Sequence record: PP456878.1
DNA length: 64,000 nt
Source: Pseudomonas phage vB_PaePAO1-KEN19
Direction: 5' to 3' (one strand)
Shown: piece by piece, positions 62,767 to 64,000 of the stretch
Layout of the letters: every line of letters begins with the position of its first letter
Position numbering within the stretch: position 1 is the stretch's first letter
The notes under the pieces: model-generated
What the model was told of the DNA's origin: nothing
Databases searched by the model: none
What the model saw: only the letters and a program-made list of their open reading frames with translations
Position numbers and translations under genes: made by a program

Positions 62767-64000
62767 TTACATACCAGCTTTCTGCCGGAAGAAGTGTAGA
62801 ACGAGTTGCCGTTTACCTTCAGGGATGAAACGTGCAAGATAGTTGATATCTACCTGATAAAGCGCATCTGATACATCACTAGTAAATAGGCAGAATAGAG
62901 TAAGAAGATTAATGTGTGCTTCTTGACGGTTATTCTGAGTAGGTAGAGTAGCAACAAAGCGAAGTGCGTTAGATTCACTAAATAGAGTATTACGATTTTT
63001 CTTAACGAAATCAAAGATAATATCCATGCCTGATTTAAAGCCTTCAATATCTTCGATTGTCATTACGTAGTTGAATACATCATCTAGTTTCTTTTGTGCA
63101 TCGCCACCACGTTCGATAGTGATATAGTCACCAGGTTTAGCACCAGTGGCAAACTGCTCTAGACGAGATTCGATAAATACTTGGTTCATTTTGGTCATAC
63201 CTTTACGAAGTACAGGTTCATTAGATGTTGATTCACTATTCAAGATTTTAACTTCCCCGGTTGGTTTAATATCATCTTTACCAGAGAATACTTTCCATTG
63301 TTCAACAATAGTTTCAATATCTTGACTAGTGGTAGGTAAGAATAAGCGATCGCGTAACTCAATAGCAATTTTAAAATCTTTTATCAGATTACTATTTTTA
63401 ATAAGTCCTTCAGCCCAGTCTTCAAGCTCTGCTGTCGTCCAATCGGTAGGTGGAGCATTATCACGAATAACACTATTAACCCAACTACCACGTAGTGTTT
63501 TTGGTGGAGTAATACCTTGTTTAACAAAATCAACCACTTCTTGGGTAGACCAATCTAGTGGAATATCACTAGTGTGAATACGCAGTTGCTTGACTAATTC
63601 TTCAAGCTTGATACTGTCTTCAGTATTGCGAATATCTTGTTTCAGTGTATCTTCATTAACTACCGGTACAATTACTTCCTCAGTAGTCTCATTCTCTTTA
63701 GCCCGTTTAGTTAAAATATCATCAGCAATATCGGCGATATCATTAACTACACCAGTTAGACGATGGTTAGCAGCATCGATTAGTTCATCATCTGACCATT
63801 CATCATAAGGACGATATTTACGGGTTGGGTCAAATACAAAGTTGCCGAGTTCAGTTTTACCTTTAGCAGGACCACCTACAGATTCCCAAGCAGCAATGTC
63901 TTCATTGGTCCAGGATTCTGGGATATTGTAAGTAGTACGAATGCCTTCCCAATTAGGTTCGCCGTAAACAGCGCCTTCTGCAAGAGGAGTAGGTTCAGTT
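62767..64000 (-). CDS. Hypothetical protein, 5'-partial (at least 411 aa, open to the window edge). The GTG at 63537 chosen by the ORF track is probably internal.
   Basis: Codon-by-codon check shows no stop in this frame between 63538 and 64000. Confidence 0.5.
   Translation of the reverse strand, partial: TEPTPLAEGAVYGEPNWEGIRTTYNIPESWTNEDIAAWESVGGPAKGKTELGNFVFDPTRKYRPYDEWSDDELIDAANHRLTGVVNDIADIADDILTKRAKENETTEEVIVPVVNEDTLKQDIRNTEDSIKLEELVKQLRIHTSDIPLDWSTQEVVDFVKQGITPPKTLRGSWVNSVIRDNAPPTDWTTAELEDWAEGLIKNSNLIKDFKIAIELRDRLFLPTTSQDIETIVEQWKVFSGKDDIKPTGEVKILNSESTSNEPVLRKGMTKMNQVFIESRLEQFATGAKPGDYITIERGGDAQKKLDDVFNYVMTIEDIEGFKSGMDIIFDFVKKNRNTLFSESNALRFVATLPTQNNRQEAHINLLTLFCLFTSDVSDALYQVDINYLARFIPEGKRQLVLHFFRQKAGM

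Overview
This is an AT-rich (about 38% GC by eye), gene-dense stretch of double-stranded DNA phage genome, and most genes lie on the minus strand. Gene content and order resemble the virion, morphogenesis and accessory region of a phiKZ-like jumbo myovirus. That assignment rests on sequence features I can see plus memory of phiKZ biology, not on a database search. The pieces are as follows. (1) At 1-6.1 kb there is a tandem array of paralogous tail-fibre genes. They share an N-terminal domain and repeated 'NPH…GLGNV.NY' motifs. The last one is 771 aa and has an RCC1-like beta-propeller C-terminus. (2) An 896-aa protein with an acidic tail is a possible portal. A 747-aa gene whose GC content (about 50%) and codon usage stand out from the background is the likely major capsid protein. 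(3) An accessory island of about 9 kb (25.3-34.2 kb) holds roughly 30 small genes. It contains a GC-rich XRE/HigA-like helix-turn-helix gene wedged between two diverged copies of a small gene. It also has a second small-gene paralog pair, a TARG1/DarG-type macrodomain protein, a cluster of small proteins each starting with a transmembrane helix, and a 625-bp non-coding hub of conserved-loop hairpins, a perfect palindrome and iteron-like repeats. (4) A block of head-interior-like proteins (39-51 kb) includes three clear paralogs and an 816-aa protein with a very long acidic low-complexity region. (5) Further features are a HExxH metallopeptidase-like membrane protein, a Kelch-like propeller protein, the N-terminal half (exonuclease motifs I-III plus palm motif A) of a split family-B DNA polymerase, and next to it a gene interrupted by a single-base frameshift in an A4 run. 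A family of at least 17 near-identical bidirectional terminator hairpins (GCCCTCCC stem, flanked by CATAAA…TTTATG) punctuates the window. No tRNA, rRNA, CRISPR array or transposase is evident.
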